Assembly (NCBI GenBank): GCA_001179505.1
Contig: CDMY01000077.1
Location: 62,001 to 126,000 of the forward strand
Length of the DNA: 64,000 nucleotides
From: Vitrella brassicaformis CCMP3155
Taxonomy: Eukaryota; Protista; Chromerida
Reading direction: 5' to 3'
The position numbers and the translations under genes are program-made. Below are positions 11,009 through 23,790 of this stretch, piece by piece; position 1 is the first letter of the stretch, and each line of letters opens with the position of its first letter. Below the pieces are notes generated by a model that had not been told where the DNA came from, searched no databases, and saw only the letters and a list, made by a program, of their open reading frames with translations.

Positions 11009-12683
11009 CATGTCCGAGCAGCCCGCCAGCACCGCCCAGCCGCCCCTTCTGAATGACGGCATCGAGCTCTGCTGGCAGACAGACACCAGCCCCGCCACCA
11101 AGCGGCTCGCCCACCGCATTCTGCGCCGTGAGCTGACACCCGCCATCGCCACACGACTCATCCGGACCAATGGAGCCGACCCCCACACACTGGTCGGCCT
11201 CCGCGAGAAGGCACCTGGGGAGTGGCCACACACCAAGTGGGTGCCGCTGCTGTCGCTGGCGATTGACGACCCGACCGACAGCGTCCCCTCTGTGTGGCGG
11301 ATGGATTTGGACCTCGAGACGCCCCTGCTGCTCAAGCCCTGGTCGTCACGCCAACTGCAGCGGGACATACTCGAGGCGCTCATCAGCTGCGGCGCCAACG
11401 TCAACTTCCATCATCCTGCGCATTTCAGCATGAGGGCGATGTCTGTGGCGGCCAAGACGGGCAACATTGAGGCAGTGGAGGTGCTGTTGGCCACAAACCA
11501 GCTTGATTATCTTAGCTGCCCTTCGATCTCCCCTCCCCTCCGCCCCTCACAAGCCTATGACGATGCCCTCATCCGTACGGCGCGCCGGCTGCTGCATCAT
11601 GACCCGTCACTGAGCGGCTTGGCGGTGCTTGAGGCAGCTACGTCACGGCCCCTTCCATCCAAGGCCTTCACGTACGAGTACATGGACACCATCTTGCAGC
11701 ACGGGGACCCCATACCGGTCGGCGTGGTGCGTACCGCACTATCGGAAGCTGCCGGGTTGGGGAGCCACTGGGTGATGGACTACCTGTGCGAGCGTCTCGC
11801 CACTCCTGCTGATATCAACCCTGCACAAGGTCATCACCCGCCGCTCCAGCGTGCCGCAATGCACCTGCAAGTCCTGCTTGACGAATGGGATGGTTGGGAT
11901 GGTGACGTTGACGACGACATGCTGGACGCCATTCGCAACCGCAAGCTGGTGGTGCGGTCCCTGCTGCGGGCGGGGGCAGACCTCTCGACGAAAGTGCTGC
12001 CCATCACTACAACCGGTGACCGCAAGCGGCGTGAGCTGGTGCTGAAGGAGTACGTGGTTGTACTCAACGAGCTGCCCTTCGTCGTGATGGACGCCATCAA
12101 TGCCGCCCTCTCCACCCAACGCGACGCCTACATCGTCATGACGCGCATCCTGCCCTTTGTGGATCACAACGACGAGGACGCCTGCCTCCCCCACCCGCCC
12201 TCCCCCTCGCCACTCTCATTCGGACCACAGGAGGCCGCCGCCATCGCATGGAAGATCGGGGCCTTCCTGCACGACCCGCCCGCCGCACTCACCGCCGTCG
12301 ACCAAGTCCTCACCAATGCGTCGGCACTCAAGCGGCGCGTCCGGGCGGCCGTTGGGCATTTCGTCAAGTGGGCGGCGACCAAGACGGTCAGCAATCGGGA
12401 GGTGGTGGGCGGGTGGAGTCGGGGGCCGGACGGGCAGATGGCGCGTGTGCCGCAGCTGCAGTGCTTCGCTGTCGACGCGGGGCAGCGCCACACACACACA
12501 CAGCTGGGGGTGCGCGAGGTGGTGCACGGGGCGCGGCTGGAGGAGGTGCGGCAACACGGGCTGGAGGGGGTGGTCAAGGGCTTCAACAACGAGGAGGGCA
12601 ATGACGACTGTCAGTTCCAGTGGGGCCGCCTGGGCTTCGTCGGCCAGACGGGGCAGCAGTGGGTGTCGCTGGGCATCAACTGA
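11009..12683 (+). CDS. Helical/ankyrin-like protein with intronless CDS, probably from a lineage-expanded family
   Basis: The ORF is uninterrupted at 558 codons. Ankyrin-like segments include LISCGANVN, AAKTGNIEAVEVLL and LLRAGADLS. A GT-AG intron (about 10921-10994) lies in the 5' UTR. The family link rests on recollection of similar chromerid proteins. Confidence 0.75.
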
Positions 12684-12948
12684 TCAATTGCCTCAGTAGC
12701 TGAGAGAATGACAGCTCGTTTTGGTTGTGGTGGTGCATGGTGTTGGTTTGGTTTAAGTGCTGACTGATTGAGACAGCTTTGTGCCAGTCTGCGTGTGATG
12801 CCATCCATGACACATCTGTGATTATGAATCATGTGTCCCGTCTCTCGCTCCCGCTTACACTCACGTCAGCTACAATCAATGTAGATCTATCTATCACCAT
12901 CTACGGGGGATCAGAGCGGGACGATCACGCGCGCACACTCGAGCGCAG

Positions 12949-15900
12949 GAGAAACTCCCCCTCGCGGAAAACTCATTCACACCGGATGACGAGGGCCTGG
13001 CGTGGAAGACGTAAGTGAGCTACACCACCGTAAGCCCGTGAACGCATTGATGCGGGGAGGGATCTATCCATCGGTGGCATGTTTGTGTGCAGGAAGGGCG
13101 AACTGACCATTGAGGATGGGGGGGCAACCATATCCCCGTCACCCAACGAACATGCCTACTTCGACCTCGACCATGATCTTGCGGGGATGCCCGATGTCGA
13201 GCAAGCTGCCCTCGCCGCAACCATTGACCTCTCCCAGCTCCAGCTGCCGCCAGTGCCTGAACACAAATGGAGCCCCCATATCAAGTAAGTACTCCCAGAG
13301 GCTGGCTGCACACACTGTCAGCCAGATGGGGCCACCCGATGGAGGGCGGGACACGACACCTGCCTGTGCTGTCTTGTCCGTGTCCATGTCTCAGAGACAA
13401 TGGCTTCGAGTTGCTCCGCGTTCACGGTCCGCCCTCGAACGGACGCGTGGCGAGCCTTGTCCCCTACCGCAAAGAAAGCGGCTCGTTGGTCATGATTCTC
13501 ACCTACAACAGTGATGAGGGGCACATCAAGGAGCTCGATACGGCCATCGACCTGCCCGATGACGGGCAGCCACATGACTACATCGTTGGATTTCCGATGA
13601 AGGGCAAGGACGGCGATGGGGATGTCTTCGTGTGCGTCGACGGAGACTTGAAGCTGACGGCGTCTCTTTCAAAGATGAATCTCACGACAACCGATGTCAG
13701 CGTGGTCCGCCTGGGGTGAGCATGCTGTTGTATCGATCAGACACCGATGGGCAGGCACCTATGCCTCCCTCCTGTGTATGATCTGATCCATGTGTGTCTC
13801 TGTAGCTTCGTCACGTGGGGCGCCAACGTGGGCGGCTCTCTCCTCATCAACAAGATGCTCATGTACGTCCCCTCCCTGCCTGACGTCTATGTCGACGACA
13901 AGACAGGAGCCGACACCAACGACGGGGCAACGCCTCAGACCGCCTTAGCCTCGGTCGTCCGTGCGGCAGAAGTCGCCCGGCCGGGGACGACAGTCCACAT
14001 TGCGAAGGGCATCTACCGAGGGGCCCTGAAGCTGAGAAGCTTCGGCCAGCCGGGCAAGCCCATCAAGTTCGTGGGCGAGGGGCGCGACGCGACTGCCATC
14101 GTCGGGTCCATTCGAGCTGACTCGCTCACTTGGACTCTGCACAAGGACACTTGTGCAGGAGACAACTTGTATAAGGCCGACGTGACGAAGCTGAAAGCTG
14201 GGTCGGGTTATGTGGGCACATGGAGTGTCACGAAGGCCCCTCACTTCGTGTGTGAGTCCAAGGCGCCAGGAAAGTGCACCAGGAAGGTGAGCGCTTCCAT
14301 AGAGACATGCAGACAGACACTTGATTCATTGATCGATCCCTTTTTTCTTGTCTAGTACCACCTGGCACGCAGCCCCAACTATCGCCTCCCTGACGCTGAC
14401 CCCGCCGAGGAGTACAAGTATCTGAAGGTGACCAATCACGCAACATTTGAAGCGGTCACATATACTTCTCGCCTATTCATTCGTTCAGCACTGGTACCTT
14501 GCAGGTAAGGACGGCTGGCTGGCTGCCTGCCTGGCTGGCCGGCTGAGTCATGCCTGTCTCTGTCTTTCCGGTTGATCAGACGGAGGGGATGGCGTTCCCG
14601 ACTGCACGCCGTCTCCAGGCTCAGACAAATACTGCGACGAGTCCAACTGGTCCTTCGACACGCTTACCGATGTGGGACATTTCAACGAAACGGGCGACCC
14701 CCAACCCGCAGCCACCCTCAAGACTCTGCCCGACCTGGTGGGAGCAAACATCACAATCAACGGTACGCATACGTACGAGTGCAGCGGCAAAGAGAGAGGA
14801 AACACATATGTTTTCTCGTTCTGGTCTTGATGCAGATGGCCGCAGTGGCTTCTGGACCAAGCAGTTCACCGTCAAGTCACACAACAAGGCGGAGGGCAAA
14901 ATAACGATCGGTAGGTACATACAGATGTATGGCAGAGAAACAAAGGAACGAACACACTGCACGGATGTCCCCTTCCAGATGGAAGATTCTATTGCAGAGA
15001 TCCTACGTTCCCAGGAATTCGGTCAACTTGTCGCTGCAATGCATCCTTCATAGCAATCAATCAAGGACACACCTTTGGCTGCCTGCGTGTCTCTCTTTGC
15101 AGGGCCTATGCACATTATTACGTATCGAACAAGCTGAGTTTCCTCGACAGCCCCGGCGAGGTGCACAGGCCGAGACAGACAGAGACATACACTCCTGTCT
15201 GAGTGCATCTGTCGGATTCTCTCCAGTATTGGTTCGACGAAACGTCCAACTTGCTCTACGTTTGGAAGAGCGACGACGCCGAATGGAGTGACATAGAGAT
15301 AAGTACTGATGCAACGGATCAGGAGATCGGCCTCGATATGGTCGGCAAGTCATACATCGAGTGGGAGGGCCTCACCTTCTCCTTCTTCTACCAAATCGTG
15401 CGGGAGCCATTCACAATTGCAAACCCCTCCGAGCATAACACCTTCAACAATTGCCGCTTCCACAGCTCGGCGTAAGTACACATATATTCCCCACCTCTCT
15501 ACATGCACCCCCACCCATTGACCTGGTTCGGTGCAGGTTTGGCATCAAACTGCAGCGCAAGCTGGACAGCAGCCAGCCATGGAAGAAGACACGGCACTGG
15601 AGTTTTACCAAGAATGGTAGGGGCAAACAGGGGTCAGTTTTGCACTTGTTCATTATCTATACACGGGTGCAGAATGGTCGAGCATCGACGAAGAGGCTGT
15701 TTGGATTAAGGCACCTGACGGAAGAGACCCTGACAATGGTGGCAGGATCTGCACCAGACGGGATGGCTTGCAAGGAGCGGAAGGCAGGCAGACGGTGGCG
15801 TGTGTTTGCAGGTGAGTCCAGCATCCGGAATCTGTACTTCTTCAATAATTCGTTCCACCACATCGGGTTCGCGTATGAATGCCCCTATGCCGTCGCCAAG

Positions 15901-18011
15901 CATGCCCCAGCAGCGGTGCATATCTGTTATGCCACTAACGTCACTTTCATATACAACACCATCGAGGTATGTAGGCGCTTCGATGCAAGTCGATCGAAGA
16001 ACATATTATCTACTGTGCGTGTCTCTCCATCAGATTGTGGCGGGCTATGCCCTGATAATCAGGTATGGTCTGCACGGCAACGACGCCATCGTCTATCCCA
16101 ACATAAAGGTCAGCCGAAGGCGACAGGGCGTGCTTATGTCCATGTTCTGCATCTTTTGATATCCACCAGGCATCCGCCCATGGGGATAATCTGGTCGCCC
16201 GTAACAACATATCCCGCGCATGCCTCATTAAGGCAGATGCCGGGTGGATACAGCGATGGATGCATCTTGGCGCAGGCAGAGACGGATGCTTTTTGTCCTC
16301 TCAGGGCGGTAGCCATCTCTGGCAGATATCCATTCAGCACTCTCTTCTTTGTAAGAATGAGACAGAGAGGCCTCACACTCGTCATGCACGCCGACTACAG
16401 TCATTCATTCGTTTCTCTACTTGCCTGCCTGTCAATGTGATTCCAGGAGAACGTAAAGAGCAGACAGTCCCGCATTCGTATCCGTTCTTTCATCTGATTC
16501 GTGCAAGCATGGCCATACGTGTATGCAGATCATCAGCAATGTGTTTGGGTGGAACGGAGCCAGCGACCGACGAGGGGCACCTCTCGGAGCAGGAAGTGGG
16601 ATGTACCAGGTGACTTTCTGGCTGCCTGCGTGCCTGCCGGCCTGTCTACCTGCCTGTCTGCACTCAGCAAACGGATAGAAGGTGAACCAATCCGCATAAG
16701 TATGTCTTATTGATGCCCTTGTGTGGCCAAAGGAATGGATATACGGGGGAGTTTTCCTAAGAAACGTGAGGGAAGGCAAATGAGGGCGAGGGTGGCGAGG
16801 ATCAACGAGCATATGCTGCTCTGCGTGTCTGGATGGTGTGGGGTGGGTGTTGCAGGTTGTCTTCAATGTGGAGGGTACCAATGAGACAAGGGCTCAATGA
16901 TGTGCTACACATGTCTGTCCGTCCTGCATCCGTGTCTCCCTCCTTCCATTCAGAGAAGGCGTTCATCTGGCATCCCAACGAGGAACACGTAAGACGGCCG
17001 ATAGACATACAACAGGCGCAAAAACCTGCAACTCTCTGGCTATCAGGACACCGAGATGTTCTTCCTGTCAGTCGCATAAACAGCAAAGGCAAGGAAATCT
17101 ATTCCTTCTCTGTCTCTGCCGTCAGGAACAACCTGATAGCCCGAGCTAAAACATGTGCCCGAAATCCGCAGCGCCACCTCAATCACCCACAGAGCAACAC
17201 CATTCACAACAATCTCTTCGTCGACTGCGATGTGGGTATTAACCCCGTGGCGCCATCAGGCCAGGACTTCCCTCGCGAGTATTTTGACGTCGACTACAAC
17301 TTCTACATGCTCATGAACCCAGAAGCCAAGGTGGATCGTATGCTCACGTCTCCCGATCTTTTACACTGTCTCCCGATCTTTTACACTGCGCCCATCCGCT
17401 GTCTTCTTCACAGGTTCTGGAGCTGAAACAGGCCGCAGGGACAGAGAAGTACAAGACCCTTGCGGAAATTCGCGAGCAGGAGAGTGGCCTGTGGGTTGAG
17501 GGCTGGGAGACGCATGGCAATGACACGGCCGAGGTTGCCGTGGGCTACAAGGAGGCGGGCCTTCCCCCACGCACGGACAATATCAATGACCGGAGAATCC
17601 GCACATATGACCCATGTGAGATGCTGCATTCCCCCTCTTGACATTGCGACATTGCAACCTCCCATCTGCTGTCTCTCCTTGTATTTTGTGTGTCAGCATG
17701 GTTCGCGCCCACGTCAGCTCAGCTGAACGCCTCCAATCCAAACTTTCCCGCCGAGGTGGAGCGCCTGCTGCGGCACTTCGATATCTGCATCCCTATAGGA
17801 CAGGACGACACCGTAAGCCACAGATACGCTGACTGATACCATCGAGGCGTAGCGAATGAATTCCACGTACCTTCTTGTCTATGTGCAGACACTTCCGATT
17901 GGCCCTCACTCAGCGACTGCAGAGAAGTGTTTCCTGGGCATAGGATCGCTCGACGGCGAAATGACGGTGCCGACATCTTCGCCAGCTCGTGCACTTCGGG
18001 GCAGTGGTTAG
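12949..18011 (+). CDS. Large multi-exon right-handed parallel beta-helix (pectin lyase-like) protein with DUF1565-like motif; start codon not located
   Basis: Motifs are VYVDDKTGADTNDGATPQTALASVVRAAEVARPGTTVHIAKGIYRG and YYVSNKLSFLDSPGE|YWFDETSNLLYVW. Later exons are Asn/Ile-rich, as in beta-helix coils (NTIHNNLFVDC, DYNFY). A 16-nt exon lies at 14489-14504 and the final exon ends ..RGSG* at 18011. Confidence 0.75.
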
Positions 18012-18577
18012 GAGTGCGGGTGTGCGAGTGGGGCTGTCTCATTATCGGTAATTTTTATGTCATTGATATTGATATTTTCATAGAGTCAGCAATTTTCGTG
18101 TGCGCGTCTGCATCTGCGTGTGCGTGTGCTTGGTGGGGAGTTTTGAGGGTGTTTAGGTTTGTTGGTACAGCTTGCTTGCGTTGATTAGACGAGAGAGAAG
18201 AGACACATGAGAAGAACGATGATCGAACGAGTTGAGAGACGGATCAATCAATATAAGGATACATGCCTGCTTTCCGCGTCTCTCTCTCCGTATGCTTGAG
18301 CGAGGCACCAAAGAGCTTACTGCAGGGCTGCTGGCACAGTGTGTGATCTTTGTTCCCTCTGGCAGGGGGAAAGAACAGTGTGGAGGGAATAGAGATCCTC
18401 GTGTGTTGCGACTCATATTCAATGAACGGGCAGAGAATGTGTCTCACCATGATGCATGTCTCGCAACAAAAGTCATTCCATTGTCGCCACTCACCGTCCG
18501 TTCGCATCTCTCACGTCCACCCATAACTCCCAATCCCTCAAAAACAAACACATCCATCGCGTTCGACGCAACATCCC

Positions 18578-21125
18578 TCAAACAGCAAGAGAGGTGGCCT
18601 TCTTCGGCGTCGCCACTTCCCTCATCTTCACTTTCGAGAGCTGTCGCCGGGCCGCGGCGAGGGGCTCAAACACCTCGTTGATGTAATCCTCGAGCCCTTG
18701 CCCTTTTCGAGGAAGCGGGCACTGCCACTTCCCCTCTGCAACCTCATTCGCCTCAGACTGCCACTCCCCCTCTGCCCGCCCATTCGCCTGAGGTGGTGGT
18801 TGCCCGAGTCGAAGCTTAGGCCTCTCGCGGATCTCTCCCGGCGGCACTCGCTGGACGGGGTGGACCTTGCGGGCCGGGCTGGTTCGCTGGGCTGGTGCAA
18901 TGATGGGTCCCTCCGGCGACGGTGCTGGGCGAGAGGGCTGGCGGGTGGACGTGTGTGGTGAGTGATGCCGGAAGGCGTTGAGGCTCTTCGACTTCAGCAG
19001 CCTCAACGAGTCACGGATCTTCTTGATGTCCTTGTGCGCCGTGCTGCCAGTCGCCTCAGGCGCCCTCTCCTCGCCCACGGGTGCTGTCATGCTGTAGTTG
19101 ACCGTGATGTTGGTCTCAGCACCCTGTGCGCCCTCCTTCTCCCCATTCTTAGGGCCATCGACCACGATCATGGGGCCCGCTGGTGATTGCCCTCTCTTCT
19201 TCGCCACCTTGGCTGCGGCATTGGGACCCCGCGATGGCAGCGGAGCCATGCATCCCGGAGGGACGCGACGCAGGTGGCTCAGAGGGGGCTTTGTGGAGAG
19301 AGAAGCGCTGTGGGTCTTTTTGGGAGCGGGCGAGGGGTGCCGGGAGCCGGATGGGTTATCTTTCGACGGCGTGGCTCGGTTGCGAGACGTCTGCTGGGGA
19401 CGGGCTGGGTGGCGGGGCGGCTTAGCCGCGGCTTTGGGTGCACAACTCGGCTTGGTAGGTGGCTGTGTGGGCTCATCCGATGGGTCTGTGTACGGCGGGG
19501 GTGGTGATCCTGCCTGCTTGGGAAGGGGCTGCTGGGACGTCTGCGCCGGCTCGTGCCGCTCAACAATGAGCCTGTTCAATCTGGCCTTGACGTCCGCAGT
19601 CCTTGCCGTAATAAGCCGGAGCATCTCGCAGCTCGACAACTCCTCAGAGCTGCACCAAGAGATAAAGACACAGTATAGGCCCCAACGGAGATCGATCCTT
19701 CCTCCCTTGTCTTGTTCGTACCATTCGTCGGCCATTGGTCCGCACGGTATGGGGGTCGACTCTGCGGCCCTCTCGTGATCCCCCCTTGCTGCCGTCTCTG
19801 CCGCTTCCACCTCCCTCTTCCAGTCGGCTGCCTCCCGCTCCATCAGCGCCTCGAAGTCAGCAGCATCCCTCTCCCACGCCTCCCGCTCTCTCTTGAACTC
19901 CTCGTGCTGCATCTGGGACAGGATGTTGCGTTTGATGGCGTCTCGCCCGCCCTTGACATCCAGCCACTCAGGGTCACGAACGTGCTCGAAATGGCAGATT
20001 GGCCGGCCAACGATGGGCTTCTCGCCGAGCCCAGGGTAGTACCGCTGGTTGGTGCCGTACTTGTCTTTCATCGGTCGACTCTTGTCTCTGACGCCATTGG
20101 GGAGGTGTTGGTTGCTGGTCTCGCTGACGTTATTGTCCTGAGGTGGCGACAGCTGGGCTGGCGGAGGGGGGAATGGGCCCGATGTGGGCTCCTGGGACGG
20201 CTCGGCCCGTGTGGGGCTGGTGGCTGACTCCTTGTATGGCTGCTGCTGCTTGGAGACCCAGAATGAGGGGCCGCCATACTTGGCTACAAGCGCATTGAGA
20301 TCAGCCTGAACGGAAAGACAACGAGGGTAAGGATGACGTGAGAACAGACAGCTCTCTCTCTCTGTCTCTGTGTGTGTGTGTGTGTGTGTGTGGAGGTTGC
20401 TGTTGTTTACTGACCCGCTCGCTGTCACTGACTGGCTTTGGCTGAGGCTTCAGGGAGGAAAACAAGCCCTTGTTCGCCTCCAGCCAGGCGTTGAAGGCCT
20501 TGGAGTTGAGGTACTGCGGGTTGTACCTGTCCAGGGGGACGGGCTCGCCGTCCGCCAGACCTTGACACGCCACGGTCAACGAATGCTGCACACTCAACAG
20601 AGAGACATCAGTTCATTTTGCAGTCCTGGTCGGCATCCGTCTGTGTGCGTCTGTGTGCGCGCTCACCCCTTTGAACATGAATCGGATGTCTTTGGGTGTG
20701 TACTTGTCCCCCTCACTTGGCTGGAATCCCCAGTCACTCCAGTCCTTCCCCTCCCGCTGCCGCCGGTGGGGTGGTTGTTGTTGTCCCTCGTTGCGAAGGG
20801 AAGTGTCGGGGTCCCGTGGCGGGTACGGAAGAAGGCAGTAGGGCGACGGGTTGGTTGGGGAGTCGCAGCCAGCGCGAGCATACAGCTTGTTGGTGGAGTA
20901 TCCGTTCGAGAAGCGGTAGCTGGTGGGGTCGGGCATGTATGTCGGTGTCGGCCTGCTGAAGCCAGTGGTGGTGCGTGTGCGCGGTGCAGGGGGGAAGTCG
21001 TTGCCATTGGCGGGCGATCGGCCTTGAGAGGGCGGCTGGGGTTTGGCCTGTCGCTGCAGCTGCTGCAGGGACGTCACCTGCGCCTCAAGCCTCCCACCCG
21101 CGTCCTCAGCTATAGGTGAGTACAT
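18578..21125 (-). CDS. Low-complexity Pro/Ser/Gln-rich hypothetical protein with a short coiled coil, multi-exon
   Basis: A long ORF (18578-20307) plus upstream spliced exons. Coiled coil HEEFKREREAWERD. May be joined to the upstream ORF, but the phases across 21125-21550 are ambiguous. Confidence 0.55.
18588..18943 (-). repeat. ~355-bp coding direct repeat, copy 1 (copy 2 at 22629-22984)
   Basis: Both copies encode QPSRPAPSPEGPIIAPAQxTSPARKVHPVQRVPPGEIRERPKLRLGQPPP..LEDYINEVFEPLAAARRQLS..KKATS. Confidence 0.95.
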
Positions 21126-21562
21126 GTCCTGAATGGTGCACAGCACATGCACATCAGCAGAGGCACGGACCGTGTTGCGGAAGGCTCGCTCACCGGCACA
21201 CGATTGAATGGTTCTCGCTGCCCGTTCTGCACCTCATCTGAAGGACTCCTCTCTAGTGAAGCACAGACACAGAGAGCCCATTGCACTATCCGTCCGCCTC
21301 GTCACGTCCTTCCCACCTCCTTGCTCACCATGTGACAATGAATGTGACGCCCTGTGGCTCGTCCTGAGCTGCGTCTCCCGAGGCCGCGCTGCCGGGTGCG
21401 TTGGGGGGAGCGGTGGTCTGGACTTGCAGGCCCTGGGTGGCTGGGCAACGGACGGGGCTGCCTTCGTATTAAGGGACTTCACGCCCTCGATTTGACCTGA
21501 CAGTCAAGCAGACAGAGACATCAACATGGTGCCGTGCATGTGGTCTTGTGTGACCATTTTCG

Positions 21563-23419
21563 TCACCTACCATGGTGGGCGAGGGATTCCACGTGAGCAC
21601 GGTCCTCTTGCTCTTGTCGCCGCGGGCGTGGGATCGACATTTTCAGACGTGGACGTCCCTCCTTGGACGGCGCCTCGGGCCTCTTCTCATCTTTTCTTGC
21701 CCGCTCGTGCTGCTGAAGTGCTCTGAGCTTCTCCTCAGTTCGGCGACACGCGTTAATCTCCTGCGCAAGCTGCCGAATCGCCGTCGCTGTATCGTCTCCA
21801 TGAGTGGATGTTTGGATGGCGACGGTCTCGGATGTCCTTCGGGGGGGTGTCGGGGCGGACGGTGGCTGTGGGCGAGGGGGCTCGGCCGTCTGCACGGCTG
21901 TCTCTTGCATATCTGGGTGCGGGGGCTGCCGGTCGATCCATTCACGCAGTGCCTCGCCGATCCTCTCCTCCTGTAGGGCCTCCCTGTCCTCCTCCCTCTG
22001 CCCCTCATCGGCTGTCACCGAGGCGTCTTGAACCACCCTGACGTGTCGTGACTGGTCGTGGTTGCAGACCTCGGGATGGACGTATGCCGATGTGTCGAGC
22101 CACGCGGCTGCTGCTGGGGCGGGAAGCTTCTTTACCTGACTGCCCAACTCCCTGGGTCGATGCTCCTGCCTTGGGCGGAAGTGAGTGGGTGCAGGCCACT
22201 CAGCGGGCGACGTCTTCACAATCCTCGGCCGCTGCACGTCTGCGTAGGGATAGCGCTGGAGGGCAGCGTCAGGGACGGTGGCATGGCGGGCATCGTCGAT
22301 GACGAGCAGAGGCGGCGAGTTCGGCTCATTGTCGAGCTGGACCTGCAGCGCCACGTCGCGCCGGGGTCTCGCTGCCACCTGCCCGGCAGCCCACACCAGC
22401 CGAGGGCTGCCGAAGGCCAACTGTGTCTCCAAACCTTCCACGTTGCGATCGACAGAGGGCGAGCACTGCACCGCCCTGTCCACGTGGACCACTCGTGCCT
22501 GTTGGCTCGTCTCCTCGTGTGTCTCCTCGGGCAGCGCCACCGGGTCTGCAGGCTTGAGAGGGGGCGGGGGCGGGAGGGGCATCGCGCCCGGTGGACGTAT
22601 GAGTGGCTCCAAGCTCTTCAGAGCAGCACGAGAGGTGGCCTTCTTCGGCGGCGCCACTCCCCTCATCTTCACTGACGAGAGCTGTCGCCGGGCCGCGGCG
22701 AGGGGCTCAAACACCTCGTTGATGTAATCCTCGAGCGCTTGCCCTTTTCGAATGGGCGGGCACTGCCACTCCCCCTCTGCCGCCTCATTCGCCTCACACT
22801 GCCACTTCCCCTCTGCCGCCTCATTCGCCTCGGGTGGTGGTTGCCCGAGTCGAAGCTTAGGCCTCTCGCGGATCTCGCCCGGCGGCACTCGCTGGACGGG
22901 GTGGACCTTGCGGGCTGGGCTGGTTGGCTGGGCTGGTGCAATGATGGGGCCCTCCGGCGACGGTGCTGGGCGAGAGGGCTGGCGGCTGGGTGGTAGAATC
23001 TGGTGGCGAGACGGCCTGCCCTTCGTCGTCACGCCGCGGGGATTCTCCATGTTCTCTGTACAGGACATGCACATTGCATAACATCATCTAATCGGTGGCC
23101 TGTGCGCCGTCCATGCGTCTCCACGCTCACCTGCTTCGCTCGTCCGCATGCGGCGTGTCCGCCTTTGCAAATCAAAAAAATACGCATGTTGTTGCAAATC
23201 TCCTTGGAAGTGTGGCCGCATCGTGCGCTCGACTTCGCACAACAGCCTCTTTTTCACTGTGGGGAAACGCGAGCTGGGGGGCGTCTTCCGGCTTGGCCGT
23301 CTTCCGCTCGCAAGCTCGCTATTTCGAAAAAGAGCTGGCTGCCGTGCGTGCCGATCAAACTCCCACACCGCAGCACCTTCTTCTTCATCCGTGGGCTCAA
23401 AACAGGAAGGCGGCGTCAT
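21563..23419 (-). CDS. Pro-rich hypothetical protein (exons about 23131-23419 and 21551-23061, 3' end uncertain)
   Basis: The 503-aa ORF is preceded by a spliceable first exon MTPPSCFEPTDEEEG. It contains the module that is also found at 18588-18943. Confidence 0.55.
22629..22984 (-). repeat. ~355-bp coding direct repeat, copy 2
   Basis: Aligns by eye with 18588-18943. Contains an internal 33-bp unit (EANEAAEGxWQC) twice. Confidence 0.95.
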
Positions 23420-23790
23420 TTCGGCGGTTGACTTCCTAACGGCCGTTGGTGCGAATGGCGGATCCTTGAAGGCAGAGGATGGAGCTCGGCAGCGCCAGCC
23501 TGGGGGGCGCGATGTGCTGATGCTGCCAAACGGGGATGAAGCGCGGCAGCAGCCGAGAACTGCTTCCTTGATCTATCAATTCCAGCAGCATGGCGGCTGA
23601 CAAGCAGCATTCGTGAGAGGTATCAGTTCCCTCTTCCTAAGGACATTATTGTTCGTCTGCTGCCAGTTCGTCGGATGATCATCAGCAGCCGGGCCCATCT
23701 GCCGCTGTTGTGGTTGGTGTCCTCTTGTCAGCTACCATTACTCTCCGGTATCGTCTGGGCCCCTCCCCCTTCCCCCTTCGTGCCTTCCTC

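Noticed and set aside
17349-17388. 20-bp exact tandem duplication TCTCCCGATCTTTTACACTG x2
   Set aside because: An intronic slippage duplication with no evident function.
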